Positions 1 through 9,575 of a stretch of DNA of 64,000 nucleotides are shown piece after piece. Where the stretch lies: assembly GCA_946965045.2 (NCBI GenBank), contig OX337239.1:1550001-1614000 (forward strand). The letters run 5' to 3'. Each line of letters starts with the position of its first letter. Position 1 is the stretch's first letter. The notes under the pieces are model-generated. The model saw nothing but the letters and a program-made list of their open reading frames with translations, did no database searches and was not told the origin of the DNA. The DNA comes from Epithemia pelagica (lineage: Eukaryota > Protista > Bacillariophyta). The translations under genes were made by a program, and so were the position numbers.

Positions 1-289
1 TGAGAAGATGGCTCAATCCAGAAGTAGTCTATGGCCGTAGTTACATTCTATTAACATCCTTCTACTCCCCTCTGTCCTTTGGCAGAGCTTGAAGAGCATC
101 ACTTTGTTGGCCTCCGTCATATTATGCCGAAAAACAGGGGTCGCTCCTGGGTCGTCATTAGGTTATTTAAGATTCGCTCTCTCGACGGCATTCCCTCAAC
201 CAAACTTGTCCATGATCGAATAGACCATGAACTGGAGAAGACTGTCGGCGAATGGAGAGGACCCTAAGCGGGCACAAATCCAACAGAAC

Positions 290-1306
290 ATGAGGAGAAA
301 GAGGGTGTCGTTGGTAATTTGTCTCTTACTTCTTTCAATGTGTTCCCTTGTGGTCGGTCTTTCGGCATCTTCAAAGTCACCCACAAACCGTGGCAAACTC
401 TTGAAAGTTTCTTTTGTCACTGGAAATACCATGAAGGTACGTACAACACAAAAGTTCTTTCGCCAGAATTGAGATATCTGCCTAGTTAGGAAGGTTTATT
501 GAAGCTTACTGGTTGGGGTTCTTTTGCGTGCTCTACTATAATTGTTTGAAAGGCCAATGAGGTGGAACGAATCTTGGCAGAGAGCTCTGCAACTCAAGGC
601 GAGGTTCCAGGTGAATCATTCATAGATTTGAGAATAGTTCCCGTTGATCTACCAGAGCTTCAGGAAGTTGACACAATAGCCATTGCCAAAGATAAGGTGC
701 TATTGGCTGCACAATTAGCCGGTGGACCTTGTCTCGTGGAAGATACATCCTTGCAATTCACAGCGTTAGGAGGAATGCCTGGTCCCTATATCAAGTGGTT
801 TCAGGACCGCTTAAAGAGTGAGGGCTTGTACAACATTTTGGCAGCTTATGAGGATAAATCTGCCACGGCCGTTTGTACCTTGGCCTTTTGTCCAGCGCCC
901 CATGCCGATCCGGTCTTGTTTACCGGAGAATGCCGGGGAACCATTGTGGCGCCCGTGGAAGGACGAGGATTTGGTTGGGATTCCATCTTTGTACCCACTA
1001 CAAAGAGTGGCGAGATGCACACGGTTCCCTTTTCGCAAATGACGGTGGAGGAGAAAAATGTCTTTTCCCACAGAGGCAAGGCGGTTCGTAAATGGGCCGA
1101 TTGGATAGGTGAGAATGCATACAGTCGGGCATTAGTTTGTTGTGAGACATGTTGTTTCCCTTGGGCTGTTGCAAAAATCTCACGTGATGGTTGTATTGCT
1201 TATACTAGGCCGCAATCGTGACGCATTGTGGGAACGACAGGAGGGAAAGACTTATCTCCCTGGACACAAGGGATTGGACTTTCGTGTGGATTTTTCAGAA
1301 CAATAA
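290..1306 (+). CDS. ITPA: Inosine triphosphate pyrophosphatase (HAM1/ITPase) with N-terminal signal-like peptide; exons 290-436, 553-1108, 1209-1306
   Basis: Motifs FVTGN..K (exon 1), DLPELQ, VEDTSL, GGMPGPYIKWF, GFGWDSIF and SHRGKA. GT-AG introns 437-552 and 1109-1208 join the frames cleanly; stop TAA at 1304-1306. Confidence 0.9.
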
Positions 1307-1728
1307 TGGCTCTCCGACATTCAATCACTCAACTTTGTTCCTTGGGATGCCAGTGTTTTCCATACGCCACAGTAAGGGATGACTTGATCACCACCACTGC
1401 AACGAGAAATGCATAGAACGGCTTTAGTCCGAAACACCACAGGGTTCGAGACCTGGACTTTTGCCTGGTGCCATGGTCATGGTCCTTTGCAGGATTGAAT
1501 TGGTTATCGTTTGAGCATTTTTGTGGTAACCAGCTTGATACGATCAAACACATCACAACTACGGGAGCTAGTCGAGACTATTAACTTCGAGACTGCTTGT
1601 TGATACGAGAGTGAACTTGGTATACTTTAACCTTGAGTAATTATAGCTTAAGAAACAACATGATCTACCTTTCCACCAACATTAATACACAACCCAAATA
1701 TGCTAGCAAGTAGGATACTCAGCATGAA

Positions 1729-2601
1729 CTACAACAAACTCGGGAGCGTCACATGATTGTGCATGGAACCAATCAGAAAGCCGCTGTAGGCCCCAAAGAT
1801 GTGCCACAAACTGTGAAAGAGCATGTATGGTCGCCCTGTTTCATACACCCAAGACAGCAGCAAGAAGCTGATCGCCAAAGCAACGCCAGCAAACGTCTCA
1901 ATCGATGCCTCTGACAGCATGGTCAACAGGTAGAATGAAGCAAGGCTCAAGGTGGTGATTGCACAAACATAGTCCACCAGTACAGCCAAACGCACTGTAG
2001 GAGCCTTTGCTTCGCCTCGAGCTTCCAATTGGGTGTAATGATACAAGAAGGATGCAACAGAGCACGCTTCTGTCAGACATCCAAACACCAAATCCCCTTG
2101 CCATGCCAGAGCTACCCCGACAATGGCGTAGAGAATATTGGTGGCAAGAAAGGCTTGACCTGGTAATGTTGATGATGAATCAGGTCGTAAATCGGCATAC
2201 GACAAAATGAATTCGGATGTGTCGTCCAACGTGTCCATGACAGGATCGGCAATGGTTTGAATGGCCGTCAGTCCAGGAGGGAGGGACGTTGGCTTGGCCG
2301 CGATTTCTCCATCCGAAGAGACGACCGAAAAAGGATTTGACAGCATGGAAAAGAATGCACTGCCATCTTCTTTCGAACGGGGCTCTCTCATGTGGAGACG
2401 TAATGACTGGAGTGCCAATGCGGAAGGGGGCGACAGAGCATCATTGTTTGGCAGAGTCTTGAATGTCGCGGGTGCGAATGCGCCATGCGCCCTTGATGAA
2501 ACGAGGGCAGGTTTTCGACTTGCAAAGGCATCCACAGACGAGCCTAGCTGAATCATTGCCATGGCAGATAGCCATATCGTTCTCATGTTCGGTTTCATCA
2601 T
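1729..2601 (-). CDS. Uncharacterised multi-pass membrane protein, probably plastid-targeted
   Basis: 290-aa ORF. Signal peptide ends VDA-F and is followed by an S/A/R-rich transit-like region. Several hydrophobic helices with His motifs (YHYTQ, FHSLWH). Confidence 0.7.
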   Translation of the reverse strand: MMKPNMRTIWLSAMAMIQLGSSVDAFASRKPALVSSRAHGAFAPATFKTLPNNDALSPPSALALQSLRLHMREPRSKEDGSAFFSMLSNPFSVVSSDGEIAAKPTSLPPGLTAIQTIADPVMDTLDDTSEFILSYADLRPDSSSTLPGQAFLATNILYAIVGVALAWQGDLVFGCLTEACSVASFLYHYTQLEARGEAKAPTVRLAVLVDYVCAITTLSLASFYLLTMLSEASIETFAGVALAISFLLLSWVYETGRPYMLFHSLWHIFGAYSGFLIGSMHNHVTLPSLL

Positions 2602-2728
2602 TTTCTATTCAACGCTTCTAGACTGAGGTCTTTACTATGGGGCAATGGGCTCCAAAAATACGTCAGCAGAAGGAAAAAGTTCTGTCGCGAAAACGCCCTA
2701 CAATAGCGCAAAAATGACAACTAAATCT

Positions 2729-3177
2729 CTCAGTGTACTCAAAGTTAATTCGGGACCAAGACAACAAGAGTCAGGCCACGTCAGGAGACATGCACATTGT
2801 TGTTCGCTGGAAGCAAGGAAAGAGTCAGGCGCGTCCGTTCAAGATCGCAGAAGCTTCAGGCGCGCAATCCGGAACTGAAAGTTTGGAAAATTTCATGTGT
2901 GTCACCGAATCGGCATGAAACCACGGATCGATACCTTCTTCCAGAGTAATGAGCATGGGCTCGTGGACGGTCGATAAAGAACGGCCAAGAGGCCTAGTTA
3001 GATCAATCAACAATGACAAATGCGGTGATCACGAGTGGAGCAGCATGCGCTCAACAAGTGAAGCAACACAGCAAAACACAAGAGAAAGCAAAGCTCACTC
3101 TTTGGATTTCTACGGTTCGACGGCGAAGGACTGATCCCCTTTGGCGCCGTTCAAGACTACTGAAGAGTACGAGGATT
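2729..3177 (+). repeat. Split direct repeat A1 (449 bp)
   Basis: No differences from 11415-11863 seen by eye (ctcagtgtactc...gaggatt). Confidence 0.95.
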
Positions 3178-3224
3178 TCTCGCTGTTTCTGGTTGTTTGC
3201 TTGTTCTCTTTCGTTGCCGTTCTC

Positions 3225-5648
3225 ATGTCCTCCTCCCATCCTTCTCCTGACGATGCGGATGAGCAACTCGCTTCGCTCGTTGCTGCTGCGTCCATTGCGA
3301 CGCCGTCTTCTGGGGCCTCCCGTTCTACTGGATCGGCTCTAGGGGGGGATTCTGGACAAATCTCTTTTGAACCTACGATTACAAGCCACTCTATTGTGCA
3401 AGATCGCTCTTCTAATGCCATGGACTTTTCAACCTCCGATCCCACTCCTACTTTTGGATCTGGACGTTCTTCAACAAGTAAGTTCGGCATCGCGATCCTT
3501 CGTACTCATGACAGCGAGATCAAGTCCCTATGCCTTGGCATCAAACGCGGCGGTACCACCTTCTGCATTGATCCTAAGTGCTCGAAAGCCGGGGATCATG
3601 GCACAGGTTTACCGCCGCAAAGCCTCGGTAAAGTTGGTGGTGTGTTCATAATGAAAAACGCAGCTTCGGCCTTTTGCACTCCAATCGTACCATTGGAGCA
3701 TCTCTCGGAAGATACTTTGGCCGAAATTGGAAATCAGAAGCACACCATGGAAGAATGGATGAAGAAGTTTGTGGCTATCACACGCCTACACCAACTTCAA
3801 AAGGAAGGAAATGCGGACGCTAGTCTCAAGGAGACTGAAAACAAGATTTCAACAGTGGAAGCTATTAAAACACCTTTCACTTTGAAAACTTCCAAGTCCA
3901 CCACGGCCTCTTTCCTTTTCAGGAACTTCTCCCCGCATCGTACTATCCTGCAAGGAGAAATGACTGAAGTAATGAAGAAGATCAACGAAGACTCGACCAT
4001 GATTCCCACCGTCTTACGGGAAGTAGAAGATTCGGTCATGGAAGCTGGAGATTTAATCAAGACGCTGCATTCCAACCACGAACAAACCTCAAAGGAAAAC
4101 TCGGATGCCCTCGAAGCCTTGGGGCTCCGTTTCGAGCAGTTGAGTATGGAAATTGGTCCCAGGGAAAAGTTGCCCGACGATTATCAGGCTCCCACCCTCT
4201 GGGGTATTATCTCCTCTATGATCCAAGCGATAGACGACAAGTCGGAACTGAAGCCCAGCAGTCTTCAGGAGCATTCCTTAGAACAGCGGGTCAGTACATT
4301 GGAGTCATCTTTGGGCACCAGTTTTGCCCACGTTCGCGATTTCAAGACAGACACCATGTCAAAACTTTCGTCCGCTCGCACTGAAGCCCGAGAAGGGATC
4401 GATAAATTGCGAGCACATTTTATGACGGGTTTCAAGGCCTTAATGGACCGTCTCTCTTCTGTGGAACAAGATAACGCCACTATGGAGGGCAAGGTTCATC
4501 GGTTGGAGCGGACGACCATGCATTCCTTGTCCGGAAATGCAAACGTACCCTCCACGGCGGGCGTGGACAACAAGATCTTGCAGTTGCAGTCTGAACTAGC
4601 TTCCATGAAGCAAACTTTGCACGACAGCCAAGTTGCTTTGAAACGCCTTCAGTCAAACTTGGATTCTACCACGATCAAATTTGGCAACCTTGGCTTGTCC
4701 TCCGTGGATGATTGTAAGGCTTGGATTTCCCTCAAATTCGGCTCTCGTGCTTATGGGTTATTGTTCGATGTGAATCTCGTCTTGGAATGGTGTGCCCCTC
4801 AAGAAAATGGGGATGTCTTGTCCATGTTAACAACAATGGAAAAGCGCCACAAGATGCAAATTGCCACCACCAACGAGGCAAGGGCGTTGTTTGCGATGAA
4901 GAACGAATTTCCCACTCTGTTGTATAAGGATTTTCCCTCAACTGGAAAAGACCCGTCCTTCCTTACCGCGATGAAGGACCACGGCGACTGGGAGTCGCCC
5001 GAAACTGGGGTCCGCGATCGGATTGTGAATCGCCTGGCCTCGATGGTCTCAATGTTTGGGGAGCAGATTGCAACCACCATGGAACATGAACCTGAGGCAC
5101 GTGCGCTGGCTTTGTCTATGCTTTCGGTCTCCGTCACGTGTTGTCGTGAATTGGTAACTTACTTCGACGACACCATGTCTGAACTCACGTTGAAGTCCAA
5201 GTTCACCACAAAGAAAGCATTCAGCCTTGTGACTCAAGTGGTCCGTCGATTTTTTATGGATCTCTACAAGGTCCGAGCGCAAGTTTATTCGTCGCTGTCC
5301 ACCGCTGATAACGCTGGACAGTGCGCTTGGATTCTCTATGGTGTTTTGCGCAGTCATGATGTTATGTCGGAATACACCAAAGCGCGTTTTAAAAATCATC
5401 CGTCTGTATCGAGCGAATACATCCGCTTTCTCTCGACGAACTCTGGCTTCGAGTCCTTGAAAACGCTGGAGGATCGAGTGGATGAATTGAAGCGCGTTTC
5501 GGTTCAAACAGTTAAAGATTGCAGCGCGGCCAAGAAAGCCGCCGATACCGCTAGTAGTGTCGTCGATTCCGTTAAGAAGGATGTTGGGGAACTCAAGAAA
5601 CAAGCTAAGCGCCGCGGTGGTGGGTCTGCGAACAACAACAACGATTGA
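3225..5648 (+). CDS. ORF1 (gag-like) of the YR retrotransposon
   Basis: First ATG at 3225 in an ORF open from 3141. Cys/His cluster (LCLG...FCIDPKC...DH) and a long coiled-coil-like middle. Ends at TGA 5646-5648. Confidence 0.85.
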   Translation: MSSSHPSPDDADEQLASLVAAASIATPSSGASRSTGSALGGDSGQISFEPTITSHSIVQDRSSNAMDFSTSDPTPTFGSGRSSTSKFGIAILRTHDSEIKSLCLGIKRGGTTFCIDPKCSKAGDHGTGLPPQSLGKVGGVFIMKNAASAFCTPIVPLEHLSEDTLAEIGNQKHTMEEWMKKFVAITRLHQLQKEGNADASLKETENKISTVEAIKTPFTLKTSKSTTASFLFRNFSPHRTILQGEMTEVMKKINEDSTMIPTVLREVEDSVMEAGDLIKTLHSNHEQTSKENSDALEALGLRFEQLSMEIGPREKLPDDYQAPTLWGIISSMIQAIDDKSELKPSSLQEHSLEQRVSTLESSLGTSFAHVRDFKTDTMSKLSSARTEAREGIDKLRAHFMTGFKALMDRLSSVEQDNATMEGKVHRLERTTMHSLSGNANVPSTAGVDNKILQLQSELASMKQTLHDSQVALKRLQSNLDSTTIKFGNLGLSSVDDCKAWISLKFGSRAYGLLFDVNLVLEWCAPQENGDVLSMLTTMEKRHKMQIATTNEARALFAMKNEFPTLLYKDFPSTGKDPSFLTAMKDHGDWESPETGVRDRIVNRLASMVSMFGEQIATTMEHEPEARALALSMLSVSVTCCRELVTYFDDTMSELTLKSKFTTKKAFSLVTQVVRRFFMDLYKVRAQVYSSLSTADNAGQCAWILYGVLRSHDVMSEYTKARFKNHPSVSSEYIRFLSTNSGFESLKTLEDRVDELKRVSVQTVKDCSAAKKAADTASSVVDSVKKDVGELKKQAKRRGGGSANNNND

Positions 5649-8600
5649 CGGTGCGGAGCATCTAACCTAGTACGTGACGTTGCATGTGACAATCTGGGTT
5701 TAGATGCTCTTAGTGTATCTTCGTCTTTGAGTTCGGAGCGGGGCTCTACCAGTCTCAAACGGTCCCCACCGCCAGCCACCATTTCCATCACTTCCAAACG
5801 TCCCTTCCGTGCAGTGGATCGAGGTACAAAGACCTTTTCGGCTGATCTTTCTTGTTTAGTGTTGGGTCAAAGTGCGTTGACGTGGTGCATGGCTCTGAGC
5901 CTTGGTGACTGGCATGGTATATACATGCTCGGATCGGAATACGAAGCGCGGCGAGCCAATCCTTGTTGGAGCGCCGTTTTACGACAACTTGATTCCAAAC
6001 TACATCTTGTGTCGGATCTTGACGCGGTGCTTGGACGCGGGCTCATCTCGGTTGTACTCATGGAAGGCGATCCCGATTTCTTGCAATCTTTGTTCCGTCT
6101 CATCCCTCCGTCATGGCCGCTGTTGTTACTCTTACCTGGCGGATGGACGCGGCCAGCCATGGAGGGGGTTCACTGGTTATGTGTCTCCCACAAGCAATGC
6201 GGGGGCGTCACTACCGCCCGTGTGAATGTTGGCCGTCGTGGTTTGCCCGTGATCAAGTTTGAGACGGTGGTTCAGCGCACCCTTGGTGCTGTCATCCAAC
6301 ATTCCATCCGTCCGTCCTATTGCTCTGGGCCTGACGTTGCCTCGTCCATGTACTGTTGTGAGGATCGGCTCCATCCCTGGCACATGGAACGCGACATCCT
6401 CCTCCCCACTACGTTTTACAAGTCTGGGTGGGGACGTCGTGCTTTGGAACCCAGGGAATTGGGTGCCGCCTTTGACCTGCCTTTGTGGCTCCTCGACGAC
6501 TCAACCGCGTTTGATTGGTGGTTCCAGCACATTCTCCACCCTCGGTCGGTTCCGGTTAAGATCGCAGGTTCTGTTCTTCGTGAGCTTCTCCCCTCTTTGG
6601 AACCTGTCTTTGTGCACCACCTCAGCACCGCCGGTCGTAAACATGGCGGTCCGTCGTCACCCTCACGACCAGCCAAACGTGGTCGATGGTTGACAGAACC
6701 CTATGAAGAATGGCGTGATGGTGTTCTTGGCACTTCCCTCCCTCACCTGCCCGCCTTTCTACCTCACGGTGCTTGGCTTGACGAGTCCATCGTCACTGAC
6801 TCGGCGGTTAAATCCGATGATGCTGTTGCCCCCTTTTGGATTTGGGATGGCCGCATCCGTGGTATCTATCCATGGTTGACTCCGTCCGCTCTCGCCGGTT
6901 TTCGCTCGTTGGCACTTCGCTGGTGGCGTAAGTCCTTGTTCCGTAGCTTTTTGCGTTACCTGTCTTCACGATTTGGGAATGATTGGCGTCGACTGGTTCA
7001 TTCTCCGGCTCCTTCGAAGGGGGGGGACTCTTTTTCGCTCTCGGCCGTGCACGCCGCCGGTTGTACCGTGTTGCATCAAGTCCTCGCGTCGACATGGTGG
7101 GACTGGGACGTTGGTTCGTCGTTACTCTTCTGGCGATGGAATGGGCTTTCACAGCAGCGCGACGCATGGGCTGGGACTCCCATCCATGTTTCTGGACCTC
7201 TGCCCGATTATCACAAACCGCAACGAGCGCCTCCCATCGAGCTTCGTTCCAAAGTGGCCGTGAAATTATCCACCGTGCTGCAACGGGGGTATCTCGACCA
7301 GGAACCTCCTATTTCCAGCATGACCGATTTCTTTGCTGTACCTAAGGGCGACGCAGACATTCGAATGGTGTACAATGGCACCAGCTGCGGTCTCAATGAA
7401 GTCTTGTGGGCGCCGAACTTTTGGCTCCCAACTGCAGAGTCTGCTCTACGATTACTCACACCACGGTCCTACTGTGGGGATATGGACCTGGGTGAAATGT
7501 TTTTAAACTTCCCCATGGATTCCAAACTCCGGCCGTACGCGGGAGTAGATCTATCTTCCATCGAACAAGATCTTCCCCAGGGGATACTACAACCCGGCAA
7601 CAACAAGGTGCGGTGGAATCGCTTGTTCATGGGGATGCTGCCTAGTCCGTTTCATGCCGCGCGGCAATACTACCTGGCGGAGGAGGTGGCAAAAGGATCC
7701 CCACATGATCCGATCAATCCATGCGGTTTCGACGAGATCCGCTTTAACATTCCTGGTTCTGCAGACTACACGCCTACGCGCCCGTGGGTAATGAAATGGA
7801 ACCTAAGGATGAATGACATCGCGGGGGATTCCGTCACCTATATGGACGATATTCGAACGATTGGCTGTAATGCCGAAAACGCCTGGCAAGTAGCCCGTCG
7901 CCTTGGATCACGACTACAGTATATGGGTATCCAGGATGCCCCTCGAAAACGAAGGCCACCTTCCAAGACTCCTGGCGCTTGGGCAGGTTCTGTCCAACGA
8001 ATTACTACCACAGCTGTCTCCAAAACATTGACGCAGAAAAAGTGGAAAAAGGGGAAGGAACTGTTGACGAAATATATCGAAGCTTTGGAACAGGATCCAA
8101 GACCCCTCCTCAACCACAAGCAGTTACAGCGCAACGTGGGTTTCTTCGTTCATCAAGCATTGACGTATAGTTCTCTCATGCCTTTTCTGAAAGGCTTCTA
8201 TCTCACAATGAACGAATGGCGCCCAGGTCGAAATTCAGAGGGATGGAAACTTTCAGCAAAAGAATGGATTGCTGACATTGGAGTCAAGCTCGAAGATGCC
8301 GAAATCGATACCTTGTGTGGCTTTATTGAGGAAGACGATGACGATAACTCAATTGGAAAGGAATGCACCGACTATGACAAGCTCGCGGCCGCATTCAAAG
8401 GAAAGATAAAGCCTCCTCAAAAGGTCAAAGCTGTACCACGCTTCTCGTCGGACGTACGAGCCATTCAAACATTGTTTGAACCAGAGGAACCCCCTGTGGT
8501 TAAAGTGCGAAGTGATGATGTCTTTGTTGCTCTGTTCGGATCAGGCGATGCCTCCGGCTGCGGTTTTGGAGCCGCCTTTCAACTTCCTCACAAAAGGTTA

Positions 8601-9575
8601 TCCTACCGTATTGGAGTTTGGGGCAGGGAGGTAATAACGGGTGAATCCTCTAATTGGAAAGAGTTCACCAACTGTGTCGAATCTCTGGAGGAAGAAGCAG
8701 ACAAAGGAAACCTCGACTCTTCCGAAGTCTTCTTTTTCACTGACAACTCCACAGTAGAGAGGTGCTTCTACAAGGGATCCTCGTCCAGTCCTAAACTCCT
8801 TGAACTCGTCATCCGATTGCGGCGGTTGGAAATGCGCCATTCTCTTCGACTCCACATTTCCCACATCTCGGGAAAGAGAATGATTGCAGTTGGCGTGGAT
8901 GGAATTTCTCGCGGACAGTTAAACGAGGGAGTTATGGCAGGCTCACCTATGCTAGCATTTATCCCGCTACATCGAACACCATTGGAAATGTCCGAGCATT
9001 TGCATGAGTGGATACGATCATGGCTTGGTCCACAAACCGAGTTCCTGACACCGATGGATTGGTTCACCACGGGTCACGACATACGGGGTTGGACCCTGCC
9101 AAATGACTACAACGTCTTGCCCCTGCCTATCATCCGGCCAGGGCACTACGTGTGGGCGCCTCCTCCGGGAGCCGCCGACGTTGCTTTGGAGGAACTTCGC
9201 AAAGCACGTCACAAGAGACAATCTTCCACGCACATCTTTGTGTGTCAACGACTAATGACGCCCCGCTGGTTTAGACAGCTCCACAAAGCGTGTGACTTGG
9301 TCATTGAAATACCTGCGGGCCCATCGTTTTGGCCAAAAGAGAATTATGAGCCACTCATACTTGGTTTTGTGTTGCCTTTTATCAGATCTAAACCCTGGCA
9401 ATTACGCGGAACGCCGAAAATGTTCGCTGTGGAACGCCAACTGCGCAAAGTGTGGCAAGAGAATCCGTTGGCTGGAAGGGATATTTTGCGCAAATTTCTT
9501 GTGCAATCGTGGAAGATGCGAACCATGTCGGAGCGCATGGTGTCCAGAGTGTTATTCTTCGAGTCCAGAAGATAA
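5649..9575 (+). CDS. ORF2 (pol): putative degenerate C5-MTase-like domain, reverse transcriptase, RNase H, Dam-like methyltransferase domain
   Basis: RT motifs DMDLGEMFLNF, LFMGMLPSP and YMDD (7839-7850). RNase H motifs GDASG, NWKE, FTDN and DGISRG. C-terminal VWAPPP...LMTPRW resembles the DIRS MT domain. The frame is open from the base after the ORF1 stop. Confidence 0.9.
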   Translation, partial: RCGASNLVRDVACDNLGLDALSVSSSLSSERGSTSLKRSPPPATISITSKRPFRAVDRGTKTFSADLSCLVLGQSALTWCMALSLGDWHGIYMLGSEYEARRANPCWSAVLRQLDSKLHLVSDLDAVLGRGLISVVLMEGDPDFLQSLFRLIPPSWPLLLLLPGGWTRPAMEGVHWLCVSHKQCGGVTTARVNVGRRGLPVIKFETVVQRTLGAVIQHSIRPSYCSGPDVASSMYCCEDRLHPWHMERDILLPTTFYKSGWGRRALEPRELGAAFDLPLWLLDDSTAFDWWFQHILHPRSVPVKIAGSVLRELLPSLEPVFVHHLSTAGRKHGGPSSPSRPAKRGRWLTEPYEEWRDGVLGTSLPHLPAFLPHGAWLDESIVTDSAVKSDDAVAPFWIWDGRIRGIYPWLTPSALAGFRSLALRWWRKSLFRSFLRYLSSRFGNDWRRLVHSPAPSKGGDSFSLSAVHAAGCTVLHQVLASTWWDWDVGSSLLFWRWNGLSQQRDAWAGTPIHVSGPLPDYHKPQRAPPIELRSKVAVKLSTVLQRGYLDQEPPISSMTDFFAVPKGDADIRMVYNGTSCGLNEVLWAPNFWLPTAESALRLLTPRSYCGDMDLGEMFLNFPMDSKLRPYAGVDLSSIEQDLPQGILQPGNNKVRWNRLFMGMLPSPFHAARQYYLAEEVAKGSPHDPINPCGFDEIRFNIPGSADYTPTRPWVMKWNLRMNDIAGDSVTYMDDIRTIGCNAENAWQVARRLGSRLQYMGIQDAPRKRRPPSKTPGAWAGSVQRITTTAVSKTLTQKKWKKGKELLTKYIEALEQDPRPLLNHKQLQRNVGFFVHQALTYSSLMPFLKGFYLTMNEWRPGRNSEGWKLSAKEWIADIGVKLEDAEIDTLCGFIEEDDDDNSIGKECTDYDKLAAAFKGKIKPPQKVKAVPRFSSDVRAIQTLFEPEEPPVVKVRSDDVFVALFGSGDASGCGFGAAFQLPHKRLSYRIGVWGREVITGESSNWKEFTNCVESLEEEADKGNLDSSEVFFFTDNSTVERCFYKGSSSSPKLLELVIRLRRLEMRHSLRLHISHISGKRMIAVGVDGISRGQLNEGVMAGSPMLAFIPLHRTPLEMSEHLHEWIRSWLGPQTEFLTPMDWFTTGHDIRGWTLPNDYNVLPLPIIRPGHYVWAPPPGAADVALEELRKARHKRQSSTHIFVCQRLMTPRWFRQLHKACDLVIEIPAGPSFWPKENYEPLILGFVLPFIRSKPWQLRGTPKMFAVERQLRKVWQENPLAGRDILRKFLVQSWKMRTMSERMVSRVLFFESRR

